Source: Octopus bimaculoides (Eukaryota). From it: a DNA stretch of 64,000 nt. Position numbers and translations under genes: made by a program. The stretch lies in assembly GCF_001194135.2 (NCBI RefSeq), contig NC_068982.1, forward strand, positions 171,088,146 through 171,152,145, in the 5' to 3' direction. The notes below the pieces were generated by a model that worked only from the letters and a program-made list of their open reading frames with translations, did no database searches and had not been told where the DNA came from. This document shows, one piece after another, positions 13,509-27,155 of the stretch. The stretch's first letter is position 1. Every line of letters starts with the position of its first letter.

Positions 13509-16500
13509 GTGTGTATGTGTGTGTGCGCGTGTGTTTGTGTTGTTTCTTCAAGATGAATTCATTTTTCGTGACTTCAGCTACTGCAATATTCATGTCAGTA
13601 ATATCTACTTTCCGTATTCCGAATATTCTTAAATATATGAGAAGGGATTCATTTCTTTGTGTTTCTTTTTTTACACCTATCGTTTGCGTTAACTGAATCC
13701 TAATTACATATTATTGATATTCGACCTATGGTTATCTACATTGCATTTATCGATTGTTTGTCATTTTTTTCACTGATCGATATCGGAATTGTTTCTCTTC
13801 GAATCGTTTTCAAAATCTTGTTTGATTGAAGTTGTCTTGCTCTGAATCTATGTTTCTGTATATCCTTGTAGTTGATCAATACCATAGTTAATCTTCCTGT
13901 TTTTGTTGAATACCCAGTTTCATTGTATTTTAACTTCTCTTCTGTTTCGGTACTTTTGCATTTTTTTTTTGTGCCACCCTCATTAATCCGTTTGCTCAGT
14001 GCCATATTTGTATTTGCCTGTTGAGTACATAATTCATTTCAAATTTTCCTAAGTTGTCGCTTTGTTTACTTCATCTAGGTCGCCAAATAAGTGTAGGATA
14101 AACTATCTTTCGTTGTATTTTATATTTGACAACACTAAAGCTTCATTCTTTTTCGAGAGATAATATAGTTGGTTATTTCTTTGGAATTTATTCGTTGTTT
14201 CTCTACAGGAATTTCTGCCATTCATGTCTAATCGGATGCTATCTATTCTTGTAGTTTGAACCAATTTTGTAAAGCTAAGTTTGTTCCGGTGTAGTCTGCA
14301 CCGTGACTTGATATCACGCCTTCTGCTGATCGAGCAAGCATATTTGTTGCGTAGCATTATTATTTTTTTTCTGCTTTCCGCAGCAGGCATAGCATAGAAC
14401 ATATGCATCTAGAATAGCTTCGTCTGTTACTGACCAATTTATACTTCTATTTTGTAACATTCTTACATCAACTTGGAAATTGCGTTTCTTCTGTAGAATA
14501 GGGCAGAGTTTTGTGAGTTGTATTCATCTGGCTTCATCGTAATCCCGCAACTGATCCATTCACCAACGTATTGTACGTGACACATGTAGTATATGTTCGG
14601 AAAAGTAAAGTGGCATTTTTCATTACTCATTAAGTTATGCCTTGGGAAGATATCTGTGGTGAATGCACTTGGATGAGAGAGTAAATCTTACCAACTCTAA
14701 GAGTTAGCAATGTTAACTGCTCTTGAACACATCTTGTTTGAAGGATATAACGTGAAACATCTGATTGATCGTCGTGGTTGCTTGCCGTGGTTGCTTGTCT
14801 GATATATTTCCATACGGCATCCCGCCAAGATGACACTACTGCAGCGGAGGGTCTCAGTTATCGGCTGCAGTACACTTAGATTTAGACAATCTTGAGCGAT
14901 GAGAATTTGCTGTTTTAACAAGGTGGATCATTTAGTGATTGCTACGGTGTGTTATTCAAAGGCACACAACAATTTAATTGGGGATTAACAACAACAAAGT
15001 AAAGTTTAGGTTGCTTAAAATTGAAGGAAGCCCAAAACATACTTAGCAGCTATAAATGTACAAACAACAAATTGGTAAAATCATAACACAGCAGAAATTG
15101 TGTTCCCAGCATGATGCTCTACATCAATGAAGTGCATGTCCAAACATAGCGATGATACAGTGGTTGAAGTGAAGATGGAAATACGAAAGCCTGTTCATTT
15201 ACAATGCAAAACCTGGTCACATCCTATTACTAATATACGTTCTCCTGACAGACTGAGCATCCATGTCCGACCACAGTAATGTTAAATCTATATGATTTGA
15301 AACAGGTATAATGTGTGTGTGCGTGTGTGTGTGTGTGCGTGTGTGCGTGCGTGCGCGCTCGCCTGGGCATGTGTATGTATATCTTTCATTTCATGAAATA
15401 TAATGAGTGCTCATATGTTCCTGATAATATATTGACTTTTGAAAATGCAGAGAAAAAGATAATGTAGAGAGGAGACGTGTCATTGGGATGTTAAGAAGCT
15501 CTCTACGTAGTTACTCAACTTGAAAGAAATAGCAACCATATTTCTCTCAAATTAGTGTATATCTTTACATAAAACCCAGGATATATTGACTAATGCTATC
15601 AAAGGTCCGCTTGATTTGGAATGACCAGGTGTTAAACAATAGCAAAAGCAATGAGTTATTGAGTAGTTTCGACTCCGAGAGCAAATAATTTTATATCGCT
15701 TACGCTGGTTAATCTCTTATAAAAGGCATGTCTGTAACCCGAATTCCAATTTATTTTCTACATAATAAAATATAATAATATTCGTGTTCCGAGTCAACAG
15801 AATCCAATATTCGGAGATTTGTAGTTGCTTTTATTGATGTAACCATATATATTCATGTCAATATTGCTAGAATATTGCATTCATGTAACTCAGAGCATGT
15901 GTTATAAAGTATAAAATCGGAATGTTTGTTACACATATATATTTCTCTAGAAATTTAATTAGAGATGGGAAGTAAAATTACTTGAAGTAGGAATTGATGC
16001 TGACTCGGTAAATCAGCTCTACACCACTTGACACAACAATTATCGTTTATTTAATTTATATATTAAATTATGTCACTATCGAATTTTATATTTAACTAAC
16101 CAGATATCTAATTATATGTATGGTTATATGTAATATGTGTGAGTGAGAGATTGAAAACAACATTCTTACGTGCTAATACTAAAAGAAAGAAAGATTTATA
16201 AGTGATTGTTGTTGCTGTTGATGTCATTGTTACTGTTGCTTAACCTTAGTTTAGTCCCCATTATGTAGACCTATAACTAAGCGTTTTTCATTCGCTATCA
16301 TCCTATTCTAAAATGACGAAATGGTGTATATTGTGGCACATGTTACGATTATTTCTAGCAGCTCAAGCTACAACTTTGAAACAGCAATTTTGATTCGTAT
16401 GTATCTTGCGTGGGTTACCTGTATAGTAACTCGTCACTTTAGATTAGAAACGGAGTTATTGATATCAATGACATAAATTAGATGAACGCCAGCTAATGAG

Positions 16501-18605
16501 AGTGCTATTATGTTGTTAATTCTCAAGGTAGAAATAACAGCCAAATGTTTGTAAGAACACACCTTCTCATATTTGAAATGGAATGACGGAGCTCATGCTC
16601 GGGATTGAAGGATGTTAAATATTAACAACTATATACACGTAAATCTTTTTCGGAACTGATTGCTCATTTTTCATAATTTTATACATCTACTTGACATCTG
16701 CATTTTCATTACTCACTTAATTATAATATATGAAATTCTCATCTGCAATGGAAAATGGATGAATGCAAACAGAAAAATTTACGTGTAGACCACATCCATT
16801 AATACCCTTCTTTATATCACAGTTATTGTTTCAAGGTTACACATTAAGACAAAGATTACTATTTCGAAATACTAACACATCACACTACAGTTTAATTTAA
16901 TCACTTAGCAGATGCCCAGTACAAAAATTCACAGATAATAACGACACAATATTATATTAATTCTATGTAGAAATCATTCACAAAAAATGGTAGCGGAATG
17001 TATTTTAATGAACTATGCTTCAAGTGTCTCTTAATAGATTGCTTTAAAAAATAATTTAGTACATAAGTAAATATTTTGCTTCGTCTTATATAAAAAAAAC
17101 CAAAGTAAATAATTTGTATCATATACAGTAGGCTACAATTACGAGCACTTCTTTGAACTATGGAGGTTGTAGCAGTGAAAAATTTGCAAAGTTCCCCAAT
17201 ATCTCGCGTGCGTTGCGCATGACTTCACCAAGTTATTCAAAGCACATATCTGAATAAAATTTTAATTTTGCTCCCTCAAGCAGTAGAAGTTAAAATAGAC
17301 GAAAGAAAAGAAGTTGGTGACAAAGATAATCACAATTAAAACTAAAATTGAGCAATTGATTTTACTCTAGATGTTTTTATTAATTAACAAAAAGACAAAT
17401 AAGCATGACTTTTTCAAAGTATAAATTTATTCTACCTTAGCGTGGAATGTTTTTATATAAGTGAGAGTATACGTTTATACGTACATATACGATCACAGAA
17501 TTGTTAATATGTGACATGTTCAATAAAATATAGCGACAAAGCAGTGAATCAGTCAACCGGGAAGCGCAATATTCTCGCAATTCTAAGTAAATGTGCATCT
17601 CTGGTTTTAATTTCTACCTGCGGCATTCTGAGGAGAGAAGTAATTATGTGCGGAAGAAAAAATAATTATAATAATAATTCCGTGTGAAGGATTTTTGTCA
17701 GGTTGCTATGTGTTAGTAGCGCTACGGTAAACATGTGTGTGCACGGGTGCGTGTATTTTTTCGTGTGTGTGTATATGTACGTGTGTCTATGTGTGCGTGT
17801 ATATAGAAATATAAAAATGGTTGAAAGGGGGATAAAGAAGACGTTAATACAATATATAATGGCACAATATACACACACACATATTTATGCATATATACGC
17901 ATTTACATGTGTATGTATATATATATTTATATACATTTACATTCATATATATGTTGCATCTTGGCGTTGATATGTATAGTACTTGTCCTTGAATCTCTAC
18001 ACAATAGCCTTTAACATCTATGCATGTGTATGCGAATCGGCGTTTCGGTGTACTCAAACTATTGCAGATGTGTACACGTACATGCATGTATAATCATGAT
18101 CTAAAATTATGTCTCTGTGTTGGAAAAAAAATAACTGACTTTTGATTAGGCAGTTAAAGAAATGCAAGTTTGATTAAAGAATAAAGAAATGCAAGTCCGA
18201 TTATACAGAAAAGAAACACACTTCGATCGTCTTTTCCTGATTACAGATTCGAACATATATCATTTTTCCAGTACGGCTAAAACTGTGGCTATTCAAAAAG
18301 ATATGATATCCGTAAGCCAGCGAAACATCTTTATTTATCCCCAAATATAAGGCTGTACACAATAATTTATATACTTGTATATACACTCTCACCACCGCCC
18401 CATATACATACACTCAGACGTGCGCGCACGTATATCATATAGTGCTAAGTGTTGTAAAATATATACACATAGATATCTTACATAGTGGAAAGCTTTTGAA
18501 AGAAATAATACATTATAGTGAAGAAAGCTGTTAAGCGCGTGTGTGTTTGTGTGTGTTCTTGCGTACGCGTTTGCATGTATGTCTCTATAAATGTATGCGT
18601 TTCTT

Positions 18606-18646
<41 letters not shown>

Positions 18647-21600
18647 GTTCATGAACATATATATATATATGTTCATGTGTGTGTATGTGTATGTGTGTGT
18701 CCTTATTTATATTTGCGTTACCGTTGAATTTAAGAAATAGATCAGTCACAGGAACGAACGCTGTCTAGACATTTGCATGCCTCACTAAACCAATGTCTTA
18801 TATTTCAACTTTCGAAAAGGGTGTAACATACCAATTCCAACATTTTTGTTTTCCCTGCATGTAGAATTCATTCACATAAATCTCATGGGTAAATTGTAAG
18901 AAAATATCTAAGGCACACTATTATATTAATTCGATAATTCTACAAAAAATTATTGTTCGTATAATATATCTATGAAAATGTGTTGCATTTTTGTGATATG
19001 GAATGAGTATGAATTATACAAATAAAAAGTAAAATAATAGATAAATAATGGTTAGCAATAAGTATATTCCAATAGTTTATATGTTGTCACATTACGGCCC
19101 CATAATTGTTTTTTCATTAATAACGAAAATGACGATGATTATAAACATTACGCAAAATAAAACAGACTATAATTTTAACTCACAATATATTGAAAGACTC
19201 TTAGAACAATGTAGAAACTGTTACCTGAAAAGTATTTAGCAACTCTGGACGCCTTTTACAGTTCATTCCGCATAATGTGAGCACTTTCTCTGGAAATTCT
19301 TAACGGCATTTAAGAGTGTTATGTGTACACAGATTTCGACTTTTCGTTGGGTAGAACATCTCAGTCTAACACAGCATTTAGTTTCAAGAGACACAGAAAA
19401 TTGGTGAATGTTCGGTTAAAGATAAAATGTTTTGTGTCATCTGCAACATAAACTACCATCAAGGAAAATACTTGTTTTTCCTGTCGAAATGAAAAGCAGT
19501 GTGACAATTTTCGAACTGTGCAAAGTTGATAGTTGAATCTAACCAACACACGACAACAATTTTTCGCATAATTCTAGAAGTGTAGAATTCCCAGAAACTA
19601 GATGATTTCACGCATTTAGTATCTTTTGATGATTTCACGTCTTTATTCATGCATGTACATCATATCCATAGTGTTAAACTAAAACAAAAATTCTACTGGT
19701 ACCACTGTTATACTAAATATTTCTGTGGGTTATCTATTATCTCTGGACAGGTTATCTAGAATACAATATTCATTTGTTCTACGATAACACCCTACTCGCC
19801 CTGATAACATTGTTGCTCTTTCATATGAGGAGAATGCAGTTGCTGATGTCCTACTGAATGCATTGCCCAACAGATAACGGTGAGTATTTGTGAGCGTTGC
19901 AGATGAAAGATATCTAAACTTGCTCTGCACTTGACCTAGGATTGCATCTGCGTGAAAGAACCATACTGTGTGAAAATGCGCACGAATCACGCTCTTCGTT
20001 ACTCTTTTCATGTGTGTTTTTTTTATTTTCAATTTTCTTTTTCTTACGGCATTTTCTTTCTTCTCTTTTTACTTTTGTTGTCTTAATCCTTGACTGCATC
20101 TCTTTCTCAATGCCACTAGATAATGACCTGGTGAAGATTTTTTGATCCGTTTTGATGTTCTCTCATCTGCACGTAGTAGTTTCTCAGTTTTGGCAGTTTC
20201 TATCGCTTCCAGTTGCTATTAGTTTCGTTCTTTTTAATTTTTCTCTTTCTTCTTGGCAAAAATTATTTAGGTATACTATTGAAAAGAATGAAGAGAAATA
20301 ACGAATTAATTTATAATATTAGAACATTTTATTGTTAAATTTAACATGGGATGAATATAGGCGTACATAAAATGTATACTAAGATTAAATACTTAATATA
20401 TATTCTTTAGGTACTTAACTTTCGAAATAAACAGAGTTACTCTCGGAGCCCAAGTAGAGAGGGTAACACTTTACTCAGCAAACTTTCTTGGCATGCACTG
20501 AATTGACATTACATATTCTAATGGAACATCAGCTCGTGAGTAAAGCTTTTAACTGTTAAAAGATGACTTATTTGTGTTCAGTGGATTGCATGGATATTCA
20601 TTTCACCAAGGGCAATATCCTAAAGGGAAGAATTTCAATCTGCAGATATAAATCCTGGCAGCTTACGTTTACAAAATTAGAATGTTAACAAATATGCCAC
20701 TGTTTTAAGCTCAAACTCCCCCTCTCTCTCTCTTTCTTTCTTTATCGCACTCTACCAAACTAATCTACTAACATTTTGCTTGTCATATTTAAATTTATGC
20801 TCTAGAAATAGAGCTATATCATATTCTATCCTTAACTCAATTGCATTCGTTATTCTACTATAACACTAACTTAGATTTGAAACGCTTTGCACTGTTGTTA
20901 TTTAATTTGTCTGTTTCCTATTAATTATTACAATTAATGTTCATATCCAAAATTAATATTTTCTATTTTAAATAAAACTCTTTTATATATTTCTACTCAA
21001 TATATATTTAAACATTATACACCTTTATCTTTTCATTCCCGTATATACTCTCTCCACTCCTCATCATTCTCAAAATTCTAATGTTCCTTTCTTTCTTATG
21101 AATTTTTAACACATTTCTTCTGTTTTCTTTTTCTGTTAATGTATTAATTTTCTTTATTAATTATGCTTAACCTTCATAACCTATTCAACTATTTCTATAT
21201 TTTGTATTTTAAACTTTTCGCCATAAGCACCGGTGTGTTTTTCAAATTTTCTACCAAAATACTCACATGAATATTAAAAAAAAGTTCTAATATTGTTTTT
21301 ATATGCTTATAATTTCCTAATTTCTTAATTTTAATTTTTCGCCTGTAAATTAAAATTTCATTTCATTTAATTTCTATATTCTTTCTTTTAACTGATTTTT
21401 AAAAAATGTATTATATTTTGCAATTCTTTTCAATTATTGAATATTTTAATTAGTTTAATTATCCTATAAGTTAATCATTTAATTAATTATTTAGCGTTTT
21501 GTGAAGTGAACGTATTTACCCCACTTTTTCGTTTTGCACCAACTGTATCACATTAATATTTACTTAATATTACAAGCTTATCCAAACTAATTGATATTTC

Positions 21601-21813
21601 ACTTTAAGTGTTTTTTCTTCCTTCACTTCCATTTAAGTCTAACAAAACAATTTACATTTTATTTCCCTAAATCGACCATAATGTTTATTATATATTTTTA
21701 TTTATGTTCTGTTACTCTATATCATCCCTATAATATTTTTCTACTAAATGTTAGAAACTTTTGAAGTAAATTTTTTACAATTTTTATCTATTTTATAATA
21801 AATAACATACAAA

Positions 21814-21964
21814 TGTATGTGTGTGTGTCTGTACATGTGTGTGTGTGTGTCTGTACATGTGTGTGTGTCTGTACATGTGTGTGTGTCTGTACATGTGTGT
21901 GTCTGTACATGTGTGTATGTCTGTACATGTGTGTGTGTCTGTACATGTGTGTGTCTGTACATGT
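21814..21964. repeat. Minisatellite of 8 units of (GT)n-CTGTACAT, period 16-22 bp
   Basis: CTGTACA occurs at 21829, 21851, 21869, 21887, 21903, 21921, 21939 and 21955. Confidence 0.95.
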
Positions 21965-22299
21965 GCGCGCACGCGCGTTAATGATTGTTTTATGCAAAGT
22001 TATTCATAAAATAAAATTAACATTACACTGTACTTGCCTTCGTCAGTCTGAGCTTTACTTCGTGTTTATTGTTTACATAGTTTTTGGTAAGTTCTGTTTT
22101 AGGGCAAGGCGGAGCTTGTTGAACCATAAATGGTACAGGTAGACAAGGAAAGATATTGTGTAGGACGAGGAAATACAGAAGGCTAAGAGGAGCGTATGTG
22201 ATTGTACGGCGAAAGTTGACAGAAACGTATTGCAAAGAGATTTTAATGAAAGTGATATGGGAATTTCGTTAGAGCTTATGGTTCACTCAAGCATAGAAA

Positions 22300-24030
22300 T
22301 AGCAGATGTGCAAATTTAAGGTGTGTAAAATTTAGAACACGACATTGTTTCTATAGAAACTTGGTTTGTTCTTCTGCTTTAGTGTTCTCAAAAAAATGCT
22401 TTTGCTGCCCTTTTGATTCGCAGATGTATTTCTGTATCAATTTTCCATCATTTTGTACAGAGCTTCCAAGGCAGATGAACGAATCGACAACCTCAAATAA
22501 TTTACCCATAACAAAAAGTTTAGTGGGGTTAAAAACAACACCACACGCAGGTTGATGCATTACAACTGTTTTTTTCAAGTTGATGGTCAAGCTCAAATCA
22601 TCACAAGCTGAGTCAAATACAGATACAAGAGATTGCAGATCTTTTTCAGAATGACTGACAAGATCACAATCGTCAGCGTATAAAAGTTCCCTAATGAGTG
22701 AAATAAAAAACTTCGTTTTGAATTTCAATCTGGTCAGATTATAAACATTCCCCGCTGTTCGATATCTTATGTAAATACCCTCATCAGACTTTTGAAAAGC
22801 ATGTGACAACACAACAGCAAAATATATTGCCAAGAGGGTGGATGCATCAAGGTCTCCTTGCTAAATTCATTTTCCGCCGCAAAAAAATTCAGAGAGGTTC
22901 CCACCGAAGTTAAATCTAGCTTTCATATCTTGATGCAAACCTCTGATCATGTTTACAAATTTTTCTGGGCAACCTATTTTTCTTAGAAGTAACCACACAG
23001 CATTTCGATTAACAATATCGAATGCTTTGCTCAAATCAACAAAGCAATGGTATAGAGCAGGACTCTGTTCAATGCACTTTTCTTTACAATCAGCTGTGCC
23101 CCTGGAGGAACGAAAACCACACTGAGACTCAGACACTATGTTTAGAAGAATGAAGCTATTTCAACGTTCTAACAAAATGCGGGCAAGTATCTTTCCAACC
23201 ACAGACAAAAGCAAAATCCCACGAAAATTACCTCACAGATTCTTTGGCTCCGATTTATACTAGGATACTAAAATGGCATCAATCCAGTCTTGGGCACTTT
23301 TTCAGTTCGCCAACAGTAAAAATTAATATATTTAAGAGGTCAAACATTTTGTCACCCCCATATTTCAAGACTTCTGCACAAATTCCATCAGACCCTGGAG
23401 ACTTATTATTATTCAGCTTATTCACAGCGAAATAGATGTCATTTAGATTTGGTTCAAATGCCATCTCTTCTATAACTGGAAGGTATTCGATTTTTTTCTA
23501 TCGTCCTCATTTCAGTGGATTTTGGTCTATATCAAAAGTGCAGAAAAATGTTCTACCCAGCGCTTATCGATAGAAGCGGTGTCAGTCAAGTCAGAAGAAA
23601 ACGTCCATTTGCTGTTTTCACTGGATCTGTTGAAGAAGATTTCTGGCCATATACCTCCTTAGCATAATAGTACAAACCCTTGGCAACATTTCTATCAGCT
23701 GCTTCTTGTGTGCCTTCTGCTCTATCATTCCACCATTCCCATTTAATTTTCCTTAGAACAGTCTGCACTTTCCTTTTCAGTTTTCTGTAAGTTTCGTGTA
23801 AGGACTGAGAAAGAAGTTTAGTGCTTAAGTTTTGTTTTTCTAGAAGTAGATCATGAATTTGTGCTGATCTATCTGAGAACCAGTCACTGACGAATTTGCA
23901 ATCTGAAATACTTTTGTTTTGAAATCTTCCCATAGATTGTTTGGGTCAAGATTGATACTTTCTATAGCATCTTGGAATTTTTATATGTATATCGCTGCTT
24001 ACTTTTCTTGCCTTTTCTCCGGGTAGTAGA
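22300..24030 (-). mobile_element. Decayed RTE/BovB-clade LINE: post-endonuclease linker and reverse transcriptase, several frameshifts and stops
   Basis: Consecutive minus-strand ORFs carry RTE motifs: 23279..23464 NNKSPGSDGICAEVLKYGG; 22867..23136 QCGFRSSRGT, FVDLSKAFDIVNR..W..L.KIGCPEKF; 22351..22833 GIYIRYRT.G..YNLTRLK.KTK, IRELLYADDC, LTINLKKT.VM.QP. Confidence 0.93.
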
Positions 24031-24034
24031 ATTT

Positions 24035-24200
24035 AAGTAGTAATCCAGGCAACTCAGGACAAGTGTCCTCATTAGAAATAACAAAGTATCCTTGTTTCTG
24101 GTTCTGAATGATCTAAGGATCCATCCAGTTACTCGCCAACTGCAGTATTGCCATCTTGGCAATATGCACATGGAATGTTGCATCACTATTCCTGTGCATT
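24035..24200 (-). mobile_element. CR1/L2-type LINE fragment (post-RT region)
   Basis: ORF 23962..24186 contains GWILRSFRTRNKDTLLFLMRTLVLSCLDYY, matching the CR1-type 'GWILRTF.TR...ML.L...LV.S.LDYC' pattern. Confidence 0.7.
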
Positions 24201-24233
24201 CTCAGGCCACGATTCTAACTCTAAGATTGCACT

Positions 24234-24296
24234 TATTAATACATAAATATTAATACATAAATATTAATACATAAATATTAATACATAAATATTAAT
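24234..24296. repeat. 14-bp tandem repeat (TATTAATACATAAA) x~4.5
   Basis: Direct reading. Confidence 0.95.
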
Positions 24297-25244
24297 AATA
24301 ATAAAGAGTATGGAGATTTGTACATCCACAGAACTTATTTTATAGTTATATATACAGCATATTATAATGACCCACAAGAGCTTCTGCTGCCGCGACTACT
24401 CTCATAATATGTGTGAATGTAGGATTAACAAAACATAAAAAAAGAACTATGTAATCATAACATGTTTAAAGTAACCAAAGGTAAATTTAGATTATGTAAC
24501 CCAGAGTTTGAGAGCGTTTGACTTGATTTAGATTTGGCTACTTTGTCAAATGTATCCAAACAATTTCCTCAACAGCAAGAATCTTTAGAGCTGTAGTTTA
24601 CTTTCATTTCCGCTCACTTATATCCTCTCGACTTCATACAGATAAATACACACCTATATATCTGAATATATCTATGAATTTATTTCGGATTGCTACAATA
24701 ATTAATTTCTTCAGGTAATAATTCGCCAAATATATTGGCAGGTGATATCACCTGCCCAAAAACCGCTTGTAAAGCAGAGATTTTGTGTAACAATGTGAAT
24801 TTAAGTAATGGCATCTAATAAGCTACGACATGGAATAATGTATGGAATAAAAAATGCTATTGAAATACCTGTAAAGATGTTTTTAACTATCGGTTCGTTT
24901 TTTGTCTACTAAATAGTACATCGTCTGAATTGTACTAATTAGAGCTTCGATACATTGACAGATTTGAAGCATTCCCAGTAATAGTGAACATATGTTTAAC
25001 TCTATATAGACAGCTGAATTGACCGTTGAATTAGGTGCATTATTTTTCAAGGAGTAATCTTATTAGCCAAATATACACGGAGGTGTTTCAAAGTTAATTT
25101 ACTAAAATCTAGTTTATACCACTGCATTACCATTACACACTCAGACACAGACACACACACGTAAGTGTATATATATATATATATATATATACACGTGTGT
25201 GTGCACATAAATATAAATATATAAATATATAAATATATATAGCT

Positions 25245-25683
25245 TTTATTCTTTTACTTATTTCTAATTAATCCTTCGTGAATGAATTTAGTAGACGGAA
25301 CTAAAACAAGCTCGTTTTGTGAATCGACCCCACTACTTAAATCGTTAAGTTCCAGTACTTATTTTATCGGTTTCTTTTGCGAACTGCTAATTTACAAGAA
25401 TGTATACACACCGCCATCGGTTGTGAAACGGTGGCCGGAGACAAACACAAGCACGCACGCGCGCGCGCACACACACACACACACATACACACACAGACAC
25501 ACACACACACACACACACACACAAAACGAGCTTGTTTTAGTTCCGTCTACTAAATTCATTCACGAAGGATTAATTAGAAAGAGGCTATAGTAGATGACGC
25601 TTGCCGGAGGTGACACGCAGTGAAATTGAACCCACAACCATGTAGGTTGGGAACCAAACTCCTTACCACACAGCAACCATCCA
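25245..25683 (-). mobile_element. tRNA-derived SINE, family B, diverged, with internal (CA)n; contains a perfect 61-bp inverted repeat
   Basis: Plus strand ...AATCGACCCC..., ...TTTATCGGTTTCTTTTGCGAACTGCTAA..., (CA)n, ...TTCCGTCTACTAAAT..., GAGGCTATAGTAG..., head ...CCTTACCACACAGC; collinear with 46938-47326. Confidence 0.88.
25261..25580. repeat. Perfect 61-bp inverted repeat; arms 25261-25321 and 25520-25580, 198-bp spacer
   Basis: TTTCTAATTAATCCTTCGTGAATGAATTTAGTAGACGGAACTAAAACAAGCTCGTTTTGTG is the exact reverse complement of 25520-25580 (checked base by base). Confidence 0.98.
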
Positions 25684-25876
25684 TATTAACATATAAGCAG
25701 TCATGCTTTTGTTTTTAATACGCGAAGTGAGAAAACATCGCGATGAACGAAACACTGGGCTATATCCATGAACACTAAAAGGAAGTTTACCTCATTTCGT
25801 ATCACTCGCACCGTTGTCGGTGAATTGTGAGAAATATTTGTTTCAGCAATGAAAAATGATGTGTAATGGATATATT

Positions 25877-26160
25877 TTCTGTTATAACAATTATGGAGGG
25901 AAATAGCTTTTCATATTGTAAATTATTCTGTAAAAATAAGATTTTATGAATATAGCTTTCAAAATTTAAGTTGTGCTGTTATATAGATTATATTAGAAAT
26001 AAATTATTTTTATGTCAAAATTATTTGTGGAATTGTTCTGTTATAACTATTATTTGAGAAAATAGTTTTTAAAAGTTTAATTTGTATTGTTACAATAATC
26101 ATTCGAGAAAATATTATTCAAATTGTTAAATCGTTCTGTTATTTCAACAATTCGTGAAAA
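25877..26160. repeat. Decayed ~49-bp tandem repeat, ~6 units
   Basis: TTCTGTTA-like unit starts at 25877, 25926, 25974, 26036, 26085 and 26134 (spacings 49, 48, 62, 49, 49), followed by GAAAATAG(C/T)TTT-like motifs. Confidence 0.7.
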
Positions 26161-26929
26161 GGAGTGTATGTGCATGAATATGTATGTATGTATGTATGTA
26201 TGTACGTATGTATGCATGCATGCCTGTATGAATGTGTGTATATCATTATTCAGTTTATTTCAAGTTTCTTGCCCATAGAGAAACAACAGGTTTCTAAGGT
26301 AGATCCATATGCGCGCACACACATATGCGCTTGTGTGCGCGAGCGAGTTTGTGTTAGTAAATATCAGTTCGTGATTAGGAACGGTTATGCTGTATGTTGA
26401 AATATGTAAAACGTGTTATGTAATTGACAGCTTTAAAGTGTCTTTGGGTTATCATTATTGTTCATACTTTATATAGATCATGCTGAAACATTCCAATATT
26501 TAATCGCTTCTATTGGTCTATCAACGAGTAACATTGGTCATGGTTCAAGATTTCAATAATGTAATACACCATCGATCTATAGAAAAAACAACACCGTCAT
26601 CAAAACCTAAATACTCGAGAGAAAATCAAAGCAAAGATTTTTGCCCACAACAGCATTTAACTGAGCTAGAAAAATGTGGATATTGAAAACTGTGGAGTTT
26701 ATATACGGTTTCACAAAACTCCCAAAGGAATTTCTGTTCTCATGTCATTTGGATGACCTATAACAAAATGTAAATCAAATGAATCATTGACTTGAAATAT
26801 CTACATTTTTATTCGTGTTTAACGTAAAACTACATTAACTACTGCGTCATTCCTTGAGTTTCCATGATACAGAGAATGTATACTTTACAAACATGTGAAG
26901 CATCGGATAAGGCTACACATTAAGAAGGC

Positions 26930-27155
26930 CAGCGGCTCTCGACCTGGTGTCTGCAAATTCTTGAGATCCACAACAATTAATAGTGGGTCTCCGTAAGCTG
27001 TATTCTGACATTTTAAAGGCTTCAGTATAATACGTATAACTATTTTACATAAAATATTTGATGCACATTTACCACTCATTTGCAAAAGAGAATACTAGTT
27101 TGATGTTAATTCATGAAAGCTTACTGAGTCTACGAATTTTCAAAAGATTGACAGT
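26930..27155. mobile_element. Old hAT (MER5/MER20-like) MITE remnant
   Basis: Left end CAGCGGCTCTCGACCTGG resembles CAGTGGTTCTCAACCT; the right end ...GTCTACGAATTTTCAAAAGATTGA is only weakly recognisable; no TSD. Confidence 0.45.

Noticed and set aside
13700-14950. T-rich, possibly LINE-derived stretch
   Set aside because: No diagnostic motif in any frame, so it was not annotated.
19790-19890. Short open frame ending near a strong donor (ACG|GTGAGT)
   Set aside because: Stops bound the frame on both sides, there is no clear acceptor, and the peptide is unrecognisable.
21814-26160. Regularly spaced repeats (16-22 bp, 14 bp, 49 bp) considered as CRISPR-like arrays
   Set aside because: No unique spacers between constant repeats, no cas genes, and a eukaryotic context.
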